In this document: piece by piece, positions 18,282 to 27,944 of the stretch | Numbering within the stretch: the stretch's first letter is position 1 | Layout of the letters: every line of letters starts with the position of its first letter | Assembly (NCBI GenBank): GCA_017471445.1 | Contig: JAFUTJ010000018.1 | Span: 10,871-74,870, forward strand | DNA length: 64,000 bases | Source of the DNA: Alphaproteobacteria bacterium | GTDB lineage: Bacteria > Pseudomonadota > Alphaproteobacteria > Rs-D84 | Reading direction: 5' to 3' | Notes under the pieces: model-generated | Told to the model about the DNA's origin: nothing | Seen by the model: the letters and a program-made list of their open reading frames with translations, nothing else | Databases searched by the model: none | Translations under genes and position numbers: made by a program

Positions 18282-18872
18282 TTATCGCGGAAACGTGCGC
18301 CGAATTGTCCCGGTACGACGAATCGTCGACGCCTTGATTGTTGCGCCCGACACGTCGGTATTCTGGGTCGTACACACCCATTCATGGGTACGCGGGTCTT
18401 CGATTGCAACCGTGCCAGATTCACAGTTGGGCCGCCCCAATCGCCACGAAAAACATGTTCCGTTTTGATATGATTGATACGTTGAATTATCTGCGCCATC
18501 GCGTGTGTACGCACCATATTCGGCATTCCACGCGCCAACCGGTTGACCGCGACACCATACGCGTTCCCCCCAACATTCAACACAACGCCCCGTCGCATCA
18601 CATAATTGCCCAGGCGAATCCGTCATACGATAACCACGCGCAGGCGTATCACCCGTCCCCATATTTGTATTGGTTTCCAAATCGCGACACCATAATTTTT
18701 GACATTCTGCGGCGTCTATACCATCAATTTTTGCGCGACTGGCATAAATATAGCCCGGGCCGCACGACGTAAAATCTGCCAATGCCATTATTGGGAACAA
18801 ACAACAAACGCAAATAAAAAATGCTTTTCTATACATGTCTTGTATTTTACACTTTTTTATGATACTTCGCAA
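18282..18872 (-). CDS. secreted cysteine-rich protein
   Basis: Signal peptide MYRKAFFICVCCLFPIMALA (alternative start 18836). 12 Cys in the mature part, including CGPGYIYA. Confidence 0.55.
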   Translation of the reverse strand: MRSIIKKCKIQDMYRKAFFICVCCLFPIMALADFTSCGPGYIYASRAKIDGIDAAECQKLWCRDLETNTNMGTGDTPARGYRMTDSPGQLCDATGRCVECWGERVWCRGQPVGAWNAEYGAYTRDGADNSTYQSYQNGTCFSWRLGRPNCESGTVAIEDPRTHEWVCTTQNTDVSGATIKASTIRRTGTIRRTFPR

Positions 18873-18877
18873 ACACT

Positions 18878-19318
18878 TTATTGACCCAATCCTGCTGGAC
18901 TGAATCGGCCGATGTTATTAAACAATTCTTGCAATGCATTTAATTCAATTGCCGCCGGAATTTCTGTTTCACCAGATGCAATCTTTATATTTTGCAAATC
19001 ACCATCGCGCAAAACCTGCGTTTTTGTAACCGCACCACCATTTACCCATGCCAATAACACAGTTTTATTATCGTATGTTTTTGGTAATGGGCCACGATAA
19101 TTTTCATCTGCGCCATAGTAAATCCATATCTCGTCACCATATATTGTTTTGGTTTGTGGTGCCCCGATTTCAGATTCCAACGCGGTGGTTGTCTTTATTG
19201 ATGCAACACGTGATTCCAAATCGTCTGGAAAAACATAGCCACGGTGTTTTGTTTGGAATGTGCACCCCATACACATGGCACACATAACCCAGCAAACGGC
19301 ACAAATATTTAATTTCAT
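18878..19318 (-). CDS. bamE: outer membrane lipoprotein BamE (SmpA/OmlA family)
   Basis: Lipobox CMGC, then HRGYVFPDDLESRVASIKTTTALESEIGAPQTKTIYGDEIWIYY. Confidence 0.6.
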   Translation of the reverse strand: MKLNICAVCWVMCAMCMGCTFQTKHRGYVFPDDLESRVASIKTTTALESEIGAPQTKTIYGDEIWIYYGADENYRGPLPKTYDNKTVLLAWVNGGAVTKTQVLRDGDLQNIKIASGETEIPAAIELNALQELFNNIGRFSPAGLGQ

Positions 19319-19323
19319 TTTAT

Positions 19324-22300
19324 TTACCCTTCCCCGTTTTCCTTGGTTTGACCTGTCATCATTGCAAAGTGCGCAATGTAACGCTTTAATTCATTGCGAT
19401 ACCGGTTGTTTGTACGTGCCGCATCAACCAATTTATCAAAGTTCGGATTCGCAGACCGCGCCGCGCCAAAACGACTTTCGGTTTTCAAGAAATCATCTAA
19501 ATCAACCGATATTTCACCTGAATCCATACTGAACGGATTATGGCCATCCGCGATTAAACGCGGGTCAAACCGATACAACGGCCACGCCCCTGTTGCAACC
19601 AATTGCGATTGGTGTGCCGGCCCATTTTGCAATGCAAAACCATGCGCAATACATGGCGCATACGCCAATATGATTGATGGACCGGGGAACGATTCCGCTT
19701 CGCGGAATGCGCGTATTGCCTGAGCAGGATTTGCACCAATGGCAATTTGCGCAACGTATGCGCCCGACATCATGGCAATCATACCCAAATCTTTTTTCGC
19801 ATGTTCTTTGCCACCAATGGCGAATTTCATACTGGCCCCGAATGGGGTAGATTTTGATTGTTGCCCACCGGTGTTGGAATAACCTTCGGTGTCAAGGACC
19901 AATATGTTTACATTTTCACCGCTATGCAGAATATGATCCAAACCACCGTATCCAATATCATATGCCCATCCATCACCGCCGACAATCCATACCGATTTAT
20001 CAACAATTTCACCAACCAGTGATAGTGCCGCCGCCGCACGTGGATTTTCGTCTTTTGATAGTTTTTGACGCAGCATATCAATAATTTCACGTTGTTTTGT
20101 GACATCGCGTTCTGCGAACATTTCGGTGACATTCGGCACGTTTAATTCGAACAACATCCCCTTTAACATTTCGCGTTTCTGATTTAATGCCAATCGCATC
20201 CCCAGCCCGTATTCTGCATTATCTTCAAATAAAGAATTTGACCACGCCGGGCCACGCCCACATTTATCGGTTGTCCATGGGGTTGTCGGCAAATTCGCCC
20301 CATAAATTGACGAACATCCCGTTGCATTCGCAACAACCATACGATCGCCAAACAAATGCGACATTAATTTAATGTATGGCGTTTCACCACATCCGGCACA
20401 TGCACCGGGAAACTCAAAATAATGCGGCAATAATTCAATATGCTTTGGAATATTCAGGTTTAATTTTTCGCGCGGAAATTCTGGCAACCGTTCTGATGCA
20501 TTAAACGCATCTTGGGCCGCAACCGCATCATTCGCAGCAACCATAGCCAGCGCACGAACAGGACAATTGTTTACACACACGCCGCACCCGGTACAATCCG
20601 CCGGTGATATGTTCAGTGTATAATACATGTCTGGTCCCAGTTCTGCGGTCTTCATCGGCACAACAATTATACCGCTTGCGCGCGCGTCGGCAACCTGATG
20701 CGTTGTCAATGCACGAATACGTATTGCCGCATGTGGACACAGCATAGAGCATTTACCGCACTGAATACATTTTTCTAAATCAACCGATGCAACGCGTGAT
20801 GAAATTGCACGTTTTTCATACTTGGACGTGCCAACCGGGTATTGTCCGGCACCAAATGTGCCGTCTGTGCGAAATCGCGACACCGGTATTGCGTCGCCCC
20901 GCCCCGCCGCCATTTCACCCAGTGTGCCGGCAATTTCCGCCGGTGCATCGGTCGTCATGGCCGGAACAAAATCTGGCGCAAAGTTTGATACCGACGACGG
21001 CAACGTATATTCATGTAAAAATTCCGCCGCACGGTCAACCGCCGCCCAGTTGGCAGATACCACATCCATGCCTTTCTTGCGGTATGTTTTTTCAATTGCA
21101 ACCTTGGCCGATTCTGCGGCGATTTTTGGGTCAATAACACGGGTCAGGTTAAAGAAATTTAACATGATAAACGTGTTAATACGATTCCCCAATCCTAATT
21201 CCGCGGCGGCCGTATTTGCATCCAAGAAAAATACACGCGCACGCATCCGCATCAAGTGTTCTTGGGCATCCCGCGGCAGGTTTGCAAACGCCACATCCGG
21301 TGCCAATGATGTATTAATCATAACCGTACCACCCGCGCGCAGGCCGCGGAATACGTCAAAACGCTGGGCAATCATGAAATTAGAAACACTGATGAAATCT
21401 GCAACCTCTACCAAATACTGACTTTTAATGGGTGCATCGGAAAATCGCACATGCGACGCGGTCAGCCCCCCCGATTTCTTGGAATCATATACCGCGTACG
21501 ATTGCGGGTATAGTTCAGAATTTTCCCCAACAATTTTTACAATATTTTTAACCGCGCCAACGGTACCGTCGGACCCAATACCGTACAAAATTGCCGTCTT
21601 GAAATTCGGGTCTTCGATATTAAACGCTGCATCGGTTTTCAGTGACAAACCCGTTAAATCATCGTCAATTCCAACCGTAAAGTTATGATGCAACGTGTCG
21701 CACATCATATTTTCATAAATTGCCTTAACATCACGTGGCTTAAATTCTTTGGACCCCAGACCATATCGCCCACCAAATACCGCACATGTATCGCCGATAA
21801 CCGTCTTAACATCCGTATATAACGGTTCACCCAACGCCCCCGGTTCCTTGGTCCGATCCAGAACCGCAATGCGTTTCACCGTATTTGGCAACGCCGCACG
21901 AAATGCATCCGTTGGGAACGGGCGATACAAGTGAACCCGTATCAATCCCAACCCACGCGGCAGATGCGCCAAGGTTTCCGCGATTGTTTCGCATGCACTG
22001 CCCATGGCAACGATAACATTTTCGGCCGCCGGGTCACCAATGTATTCAACCAAATTGTACCTGCGCCCCGTCAATTCGGCAAATTTATCCATGCAATTTT
22101 GTACAATTTCAGGTGTCGCATTGTACAGCGGGTTTGCCGCCTCGCGCCCTTGGAAATAAACATCTGGGTTTTGGGCGGTACCACGAATTGCGGGCGCATC
22201 CGGGGTTAAGCCACGGGCGCGATTTTCCAAGACTAATTTTTCTGGTATCATTTCACGCAACACATCATCTGAAATACGCGTCAAACGCGATTCTTCGTGA

Positions 22301-22824
22301 CTGGTGCGGAACCCATCAAAGAAATGTAAAAACGGTACACGTGCACGAATTGTTGCCGCATGGGCAATCGCCGCCATATCGTGTGCAGCCTGGACATTAT
22401 GTGACGATAACATCGCAAACCCGGTTCCGCGCACGGACATAACGTCACTGTGGTCACCAAAGATTGATAATGCATGTGTCGCCAATGCACGCGCCGCGAC
22501 ATGCATTACAAACGGCGTTTGTTCACCTGCGATTTTGTACATATTTGGTATCATCAACAGCAACCCTTGGGATGCAGTAAATGTCGTGGCCAACGACCCC
22601 ATCTGTAATGCGCCGTGCATTGCGCCGGCCGCGCCACCTTCGGATTGCATTTCAATTATTTGCGGAATTGCGCCCCAAATATTTTTCTTGTGTTGAAAAG
22701 ACCATTCATCCGCCAATTCGCCCATCGTAGAACTGGGGGTAATTGGATAAATCGCCGCAAAATCAACACACCGATACGCGACATCTGCCGCCGCCCAGTT
22801 TCCATCAACAATTAATTTATTCAT
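19324..22824 (-). CDS. nifJ: pyruvate:ferredoxin (flavodoxin) oxidoreductase, single-chain
   Basis: 1166 aa. Two ferredoxin CxxCxxCxxxCP motifs (CIQCGKCSMLCP, CTGCGVCVNNCP) and a TPP-binding GGDGWAYDIGYGGLDH motif. Confidence 0.9.
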   Translation of the reverse strand: MNKLIVDGNWAAADVAYRCVDFAAIYPITPSSTMGELADEWSFQHKKNIWGAIPQIIEMQSEGGAAGAMHGALQMGSLATTFTASQGLLLMIPNMYKIAGEQTPFVMHVAARALATHALSIFGDHSDVMSVRGTGFAMLSSHNVQAAHDMAAIAHAATIRARVPFLHFFDGFRTSHEESRLTRISDDVLREMIPEKLVLENRARGLTPDAPAIRGTAQNPDVYFQGREAANPLYNATPEIVQNCMDKFAELTGRRYNLVEYIGDPAAENVIVAMGSACETIAETLAHLPRGLGLIRVHLYRPFPTDAFRAALPNTVKRIAVLDRTKEPGALGEPLYTDVKTVIGDTCAVFGGRYGLGSKEFKPRDVKAIYENMMCDTLHHNFTVGIDDDLTGLSLKTDAAFNIEDPNFKTAILYGIGSDGTVGAVKNIVKIVGENSELYPQSYAVYDSKKSGGLTASHVRFSDAPIKSQYLVEVADFISVSNFMIAQRFDVFRGLRAGGTVMINTSLAPDVAFANLPRDAQEHLMRMRARVFFLDANTAAAELGLGNRINTFIMLNFFNLTRVIDPKIAAESAKVAIEKTYRKKGMDVVSANWAAVDRAAEFLHEYTLPSSVSNFAPDFVPAMTTDAPAEIAGTLGEMAAGRGDAIPVSRFRTDGTFGAGQYPVGTSKYEKRAISSRVASVDLEKCIQCGKCSMLCPHAAIRIRALTTHQVADARASGIIVVPMKTAELGPDMYYTLNISPADCTGCGVCVNNCPVRALAMVAANDAVAAQDAFNASERLPEFPREKLNLNIPKHIELLPHYFEFPGACAGCGETPYIKLMSHLFGDRMVVANATGCSSIYGANLPTTPWTTDKCGRGPAWSNSLFEDNAEYGLGMRLALNQKREMLKGMLFELNVPNVTEMFAERDVTKQREIIDMLRQKLSKDENPRAAAALSLVGEIVDKSVWIVGGDGWAYDIGYGGLDHILHSGENVNILVLDTEGYSNTGGQQSKSTPFGASMKFAIGGKEHAKKDLGMIAMMSGAYVAQIAIGANPAQAIRAFREAESFPGPSIILAYAPCIAHGFALQNGPAHQSQLVATGAWPLYRFDPRLIADGHNPFSMDSGEISVDLDDFLKTESRFGAARSANPNFDKLVDAARTNNRYRNELKRYIAHFAMMTGQTKENGEG

Positions 22825-22961
22825 TTTTCACTTTCCCTTTACAAAAAATAAAATTACATCCGTGAAATAATAACCCCATTTGCATCGCAAGGCAAGACAT
22901 TAAAAATAAACTTGACAAATTACACATCGGTATTAATCTATGCTAACAAAAATCCAAAACA

Positions 22962-23627
22962 ATGGGGGTAAATGTGGCAGATATTATAAACAAGTCTGGT
23001 TCTGCAAACTATATTGCGGGCCACAAAATATTTTTACTGGACAAATTAAACGACGAAACATGCGCCGAATTAATCGGCAACATCAGCAATATGGTTGACA
23101 ACATAAAGTGGCAACACCAATATGACACCATATCAACACAAATTAACAACCCGTATAAAATCAACGCCACACCACAGATAATTGACGTTTTTATAAATTC
23201 ACCCGGCGGTTCTGTTAATTTTATGAACAGCATAATGGCATTATTAACAATTGCCCGCGCCAAGAACGCGATTATTCGCACAAATGTAATTGGCAACGCA
23301 TGCAGTTGCGCCAGCATGATTGCCGTCCAAGGCACACCCGGTTTTCGCATAATGTATGAACAATCATATCATCTGATACATTATGGCAGCAGTAAATACA
23401 CCGTTAACAAACCAACAGAAATTGATTCTGCGACACGGTATGAAAAAGAAATGCGTGAAAACCTGAATGCGATATACATGAACAATACCGGTTTGACCAA
23501 ATCCGATTTGGCAAAATTCCAAAAGACAGAATATAACTATATTCCCGCGATGAAATGTCTGGACAAGAATATATGCGATTGGGTTTTAACCGCAAACGGC
23601 CAATTCATTACACGCAGGCAACGCTAA
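22962..23627 (+). CDS. ClpP-family (S14) protease paralog with Ser-His-Asn triad
   Basis: INSPGGSV motif. Hand alignment to E. coli ClpP places S118 (CASM), H140 (LIH) and N192 (TEYN versus TERD). Confidence 0.65.
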   Translation: MGVNVADIINKSGSANYIAGHKIFLLDKLNDETCAELIGNISNMVDNIKWQHQYDTISTQINNPYKINATPQIIDVFINSPGGSVNFMNSIMALLTIARAKNAIIRTNVIGNACSCASMIAVQGTPGFRIMYEQSYHLIHYGSSKYTVNKPTEIDSATRYEKEMRENLNAIYMNNTGLTKSDLAKFQKTEYNYIPAMKCLDKNICDWVLTANGQFITRRQR

Positions 23628-23640
23628 AAAAACAAAACAA

Positions 23641-23666
23641 AAAACCGGGGGCACGCCCCCGGTTTG
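23641..23666. terminator. bidirectional terminator between the ClpP-like gene and ctpA
   Basis: CCGGGGG-CACG-CCCCCGG flanked by an A-run and a T-run. Confidence 0.75.
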
Positions 23667-25133
23667 TTATTTTGCGGGTGGTACCGCACATGTCCCGGGT
23701 GTAACATCGTCATATATCGCACCGGTGCCATCCGTCGCATCGGCGGACGACGGTATAATTGGCGAACGCGATTGTATTTTTGACATTGCAACAACCATGT
23801 CCATTGCACGTTGCAACTGATAATCACGCGCATCCTTTTCTTCATCACTTAATTTTTCATATTCAAAGCGATCATCATCTTTATCATCGTCGTTTTTAGC
23901 TGATTTTTTTGCGTCTTTATCTTTTTTCTTGGCTGCATCGTTTTTCAGTGAATTCTTAAACGATGCCTCGGAATACATGCTTTCGCGTTTTTCCAAGACT
24001 TCTAATTTACTATGTAAAACCTCAACATCCGGGGTTATACCTTCGTTTTGTATTGAACGCCCCGACGGTGTATAGTACCGCGCAACCGTTATATGAATCG
24101 CCGTACCATCGCCCAGTGGCTTTTGTTGTTGAACACTGCCCTTGCCGAACGATTGCGACCCCATAATAACCGCGCGCCCATTGTCTTGCAAGGCACCCGC
24201 AACGATTTCCGACGCAGATGCCGACCCGTGGTTAATTAATACCACAACCGGTTTACCATTTGTCATGTCGCCTGGTGTTGCAAAACTGCGGTCTATTTCG
24301 GTTGCAGACTTGCCACGGGTGGACACAATTTCACCACCATCCAAGAATGCATCAGAAACATCAATCGCCGCCGTCAGATACCCGCCCGGGTTATTGCGCA
24401 CGTCCAAGACATAACCCGCAACATTTTTCTTTTCTAAATCCGTCAACGCGTCTTTTAATTCCTTGGCGGTGGTTGCACCAAAATCAGAAATGCGAACATA
24501 TCCAATTTTTGGTGTATCTGGGTCATCACGGTCTGCACCATCTTGGAACTTTTCACTAAATTTAACCGATTTCACCTTGATAATTGCACGTTTCAGTGTA
24601 ATTGTACGCGGTTCTTTATCGTCTGATACAATCGTTAACTTTACTTTGGTTCCCGGGCGACCTTTCATCTTTTTTGTCGCCTGGTTCAATGTCATATCAA
24701 AGACCTGTTCGCCATCAATATGCGTGATGTAATCACCCGCCTGAATTCCGGCATCGGCGGCCGGTGTATCGTCAATTGGCGCAATAACACGCACCGCCCC
24801 ACGGTCAGACGTTATCTGAATCCCCAGCCCGCCAAATTCGCCATGCGATTTATCATTAAAATCCTTGAAATCATCCAACGACAGGTATGACGAATGCGGG
24901 TCCAGTGCCCCCAGCATACCACTCATTGCACCTTCTAACATCTTTTTTTCGTCGGCTTCTTCAACAAAACTGTCACGCGCTGTTTCGAACACCAACGCCA
25001 GTTTCTTTAATTCATTATATATCTCTTCATCGGTCAGATGAACAACGGGTTCTTCTTTTTTCTTTTTGTCTGCGGCATTTGCCACAACCGGCATAAATAA
25101 CGCAAATAAAACAACCAGATACTTTAACGACAT
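23667..25133 (-). CDS. ctpA: carboxy-terminal processing (S41) protease
   Basis: Signal peptide, PDZ region (GGLGIQI, AGIQAGDYITHIDG), GSASASEIVAGALQD catalytic Ser region. Lys/Asp-rich C-terminal extension. Confidence 0.85.
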   Translation of the reverse strand: MSLKYLVVLFALFMPVVANAADKKKKEEPVVHLTDEEIYNELKKLALVFETARDSFVEEADEKKMLEGAMSGMLGALDPHSSYLSLDDFKDFNDKSHGEFGGLGIQITSDRGAVRVIAPIDDTPAADAGIQAGDYITHIDGEQVFDMTLNQATKKMKGRPGTKVKLTIVSDDKEPRTITLKRAIIKVKSVKFSEKFQDGADRDDPDTPKIGYVRISDFGATTAKELKDALTDLEKKNVAGYVLDVRNNPGGYLTAAIDVSDAFLDGGEIVSTRGKSATEIDRSFATPGDMTNGKPVVVLINHGSASASEIVAGALQDNGRAVIMGSQSFGKGSVQQQKPLGDGTAIHITVARYYTPSGRSIQNEGITPDVEVLHSKLEVLEKRESMYSEASFKNSLKNDAAKKKDKDAKKSAKNDDDKDDDRFEYEKLSDEEKDARDYQLQRAMDMVVAMSKIQSRSPIIPSSADATDGTGAIYDDVTPGTCAVPPAK

Positions 25134-25291
25134 AATCTTTTTCCCCTGCTATAAAATCCCTGTGTATGACAGAACGATAGAACAATTTGCGTAATGGTGC
25201 AACACGATTTTTTTATTAACACGCACACACCATATTTTATTGACAAATAATATTTTATGTACTATCTTTTTTTACAAAAGACGGTGTTTAT

Positions 25292-26056
25292 ATGCCAAAA
25301 CAGAAACAAAACACAGACCTGATGATTACTATTGAACAAAATCGCAAAAAACTGACAGAAATGTTGTCAGGAACCGACACATGCAAACGCCTGAATAACC
25401 TGAATTGGTTACGGCACGAAATGTCATATTCTGAACCGCGCACACTGTTTACGCCACCCCCGGGCCACAAAGCCTCAGATTGGCTGGATTACACATACAT
25501 GAAGAATACCGAAGCCGCGTATGACAAAATCGCAACATTCTTTTGCGCGATGCCCGATGCCACAAACAAAATAACAATAGAAGACGTTTATGACATTCAC
25601 CGCATTTTAACCAATAATACCAATATGCAAATCAGCGGTGGAATCTTGCGCGACAACACAAAAATCTTGAATATACGCCAAAAAGACGGCACGCGCATAT
25701 ACGCGCCCGATGCATGTATAGTGAAATATCAACTGAAAGAATTAATATACAATCTGAATACATCCACGAAAAAACCGATTGTTAATGCATTTAATGTACA
25801 CTATGAAATGATAATGTTACAACCGTTTGAAGACTTTAATAAACGCACTGCCCGCGCTGTTATGAATATGTACTTGGTACAAAATGGATACCAACCTGTT
25901 GTATTCAACGGCAAGAAAGACCGCCCAGAATACATCGACGCAATCGCCGCACGCGCAAACGGTGACACCGGCGCATATATGCAATACATGATGAAATGTA
26001 CGGTCCGCACCCAACAACAACTGATTAACATAATCAAAAAATCACGGATTTTGTAG
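25292..26056 (+). CDS. Fic/Fido-domain protein with degenerate active-site motif
   Basis: Fido-like layout, but the motif reads QPFEDFNKRTAR (25820-25855) instead of HPFx[D/E]GNGRxxR. Confidence 0.65.
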   Translation: MPKQKQNTDLMITIEQNRKKLTEMLSGTDTCKRLNNLNWLRHEMSYSEPRTLFTPPPGHKASDWLDYTYMKNTEAAYDKIATFFCAMPDATNKITIEDVYDIHRILTNNTNMQISGGILRDNTKILNIRQKDGTRIYAPDACIVKYQLKELIYNLNTSTKKPIVNAFNVHYEMIMLQPFEDFNKRTARAVMNMYLVQNGYQPVVFNGKKDRPEYIDAIAARANGDTGAYMQYMMKCTVRTQQQLINIIKKSRIL

Positions 26057-26067
26057 TCACCACGCAA

Positions 26068-26880
26068 TTATTGGCCACTTGTATCTGTGACACCTGCCGC
26101 CTGCAATATCGCTTCACGAAGGTAGTAATTAACCCTAATTTTTTCGGCACACATCGACGCACACGAACATGCGCAATCAGTGGTATTCCAACCACGCTCC
26201 TCTAAATATACCCATTTAGATTCTGGAAAACTACGCGGTCCCATCCCATTATCCGCCTCGTCCAACCGACACCAACAATATTGCCCTAATATTTCGTCTT
26301 TATTTAATTCCCTTCCCTCCCTGGTTGCTAAGTTTTCTCTACCTGAATCTTTGGCGCAACTGGCAACGCCGGCAAGATACCCCGGATACGGGAACGAGAC
26401 ATACCAGCCTTGAATTTTGCTATAATCACCAACATCCCTGCCACACACATCTCTATCGCCTACGCCTAGCCACTGCAGCGTTCTATCATCTGAATCTATT
26501 ATGTAAGGTATACCAAAATCATCACCGACGGGGCTGACATCATCATCACTTTCACCCCCCTGGGACGAACCGCCACCACTGCTGCTGCCAGAACTGGTGC
26601 CGGTTAATGTTATATCGGTTGTATATGAAAATACGTATGATCGATTTGGGTTAAACGTTGTGCCATTGTATGTCCACGCGGTTATGCCGCCGCATGATGT
26701 GGACGGGGGCGTTGTAAAATTTGTGCCATATTCCACCGAAACCGCCTCGGGTGCACTTGCCCTATTTGCGCACACGTACGTAATTTTATATTTTGTGCCA
26801 TTACATAATGTAAATGCACACGCCGCACCGGCAAAACCAACACCACAAATTATTCCCCAGAAACACTTTGACAACGCCAT
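26068..26880 (-). CDS. secreted protein: beta-repeat-like N-module, Ser/Gly linker, Cys-rich C-domain
   Basis: Signal peptide. KYKITYVC...YGTNFTT...AWTYNGTTF resembles Listeria-Bacteroides (Flg_new) repeats and the N-module of 39072-40094. Confidence 0.6.
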   Translation of the reverse strand: MALSKCFWGIICGVGFAGAACAFTLCNGTKYKITYVCANRASAPEAVSVEYGTNFTTPPSTSCGGITAWTYNGTTFNPNRSYVFSYTTDITLTGTSSGSSSGGGSSQGGESDDDVSPVGDDFGIPYIIDSDDRTLQWLGVGDRDVCGRDVGDYSKIQGWYVSFPYPGYLAGVASCAKDSGRENLATREGRELNKDEILGQYCWCRLDEADNGMGPRSFPESKWVYLEERGWNTTDCACSCASMCAEKIRVNYYLREAILQAAGVTDTSGQ

Positions 26881-26978
26881 AATATTCCCCCATACATTTG
26901 TAAATTTGCGAAATAATTATACCACCGTAAAAAATCCTTGCAAAGTAAAAAAATATATGTCAGAATACCCCACGCAAT

Positions 26979-27055
26979 GCGAGCGTAGCTCAGTTGGCTA
27001 GAGCGCAACCTTGCCAAGGTTGAGGTCGAGGGTTCGAGCCCCTTTGCTCGCACCA
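26979..27055 (+). tRNA. tRNA-Gly (anticodon GCC)
   Basis: Hand-folded 77-nt cloverleaf: GCGAGCG acceptor, anticodon loop UUGCCAA, GAGGG-TTCGAGC-CCCTT T-arm, encoded CCA. Confidence 0.9.
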
Positions 27056-27056
27056 A
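27039..27056 (+). repeat. attL: 18-bp direct repeat CCCCTTTGCTCGCACCAA (3' end of tRNA-Gly)
   Basis: Identical 18-mer recurs at 30198-30215. Confidence 0.8.
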
Positions 27057-27070
27057 GGTTTTTCATTAGA

Positions 27071-27097
27071 AATCCGGGCGTTTGCACCGGATTTTTT
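27071..27097 (+). terminator. hairpin plus T-run that now follows tRNA-Gly (island-borne)
   Basis: AATCCGG-N9-CCGGATT followed by TTTTTG. Confidence 0.55.
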
Positions 27098-27188
27098 GTT
27101 TTATATCACAAATTACCGGTGCGGATAATGTTTTGAATTTTCAACATTTTTTGCTTTTGCACACTTGAAAAATAAAGGATGAAAACCT

Positions 27189-27440
27189 ATGTTTAAGAAG
27201 TGTAAAGCAAATTGTCAAGCAAATGACAACCTGTATTTAAGGGGTGATGTATTTTATTATATGGTCGAATTACCGCGTCAAGATGGTAAACGCCGATATT
27301 TTATAAAATCATTGCACACTAAAAATTATTATGAAGCGTTAGAAAAGACAAAAAATATGAAAAAAGCGGTGGAATTATACACTATGGACACGAAAAAATT
27401 ATTAAAACGCGCCAAGGAATTGATGGGCAGAGTGGCGTAA
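27189..27440 (+). pseudogene. tyrosine integrase N-terminal remnant (83 codons)
   Basis: NLYLRGDVFYYMVELPRQDGKRRYFIKSLHTKNYYEALEK resembles the N-terminal arm-binding segment of tRNA-associated integrases. No catalytic domain follows. Confidence 0.45.
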
Positions 27441-27903
27441 AGCGTTAAATAAACGGCGGTTGGGGCAATTATTGGATGAGTTGCAACCAAACGACATTTT
27501 AATTGCTACCGAAATATCAAGATTGGGCAGGTCTTTATTGGAAGTTATGCATATTTTAGAAAATTGTTTAAATAAAAATTGTCAGGTCTGGACAATAAAA
27601 GAAAATTATCGCCTGGGCAACGATATTCAATCAAAAGTTATGGCATTCGCATTCGGTTTATCCGCAGAAATAGAACGCAATTTAATATCGCAACGCACCA
27701 AGGCTTCCTTGGAAAATGTCAAATCAAAAGGCAAAAGATTGGGGCGTCCTTTTTCGGCGCAATCAAGAAAACTGAAATTATACAAAAACACAAAAAAAGT
27801 TAAAGAATTATTGGATATGGGTTTAACAATATACCGAATTGTAAAAATCATGCAGGTAAAACAAACAACCGTATCAAGATTCATAAATCGTATGGGTTGG
27901 TAA
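27424..27903 (+). pseudogene. serine recombinase (resolvase) remnant lacking the catalytic-Ser N-terminus
   Basis: Clearly similar by eye (long identical runs such as AFAFGLSAEIERNLISQRTK) to residues ~42-190 of the full-length resolvase at 52541-53266. Homology starts at ~27436 (ALNKRRLGQLL). No YIRVS motif. Confidence 0.7.
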
Positions 27904-27944
27904 TTTTATTCATGCCTTAACACATATTCACCATGGCAACCACT

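Noticed and set aside
20822-21421. 199-aa plus-strand ORF
   Set aside because: Antisense to PFOR. No motifs.
26850-27056. 68-aa minus-strand ORF
   Set aside because: Antisense to tRNA-Gly.
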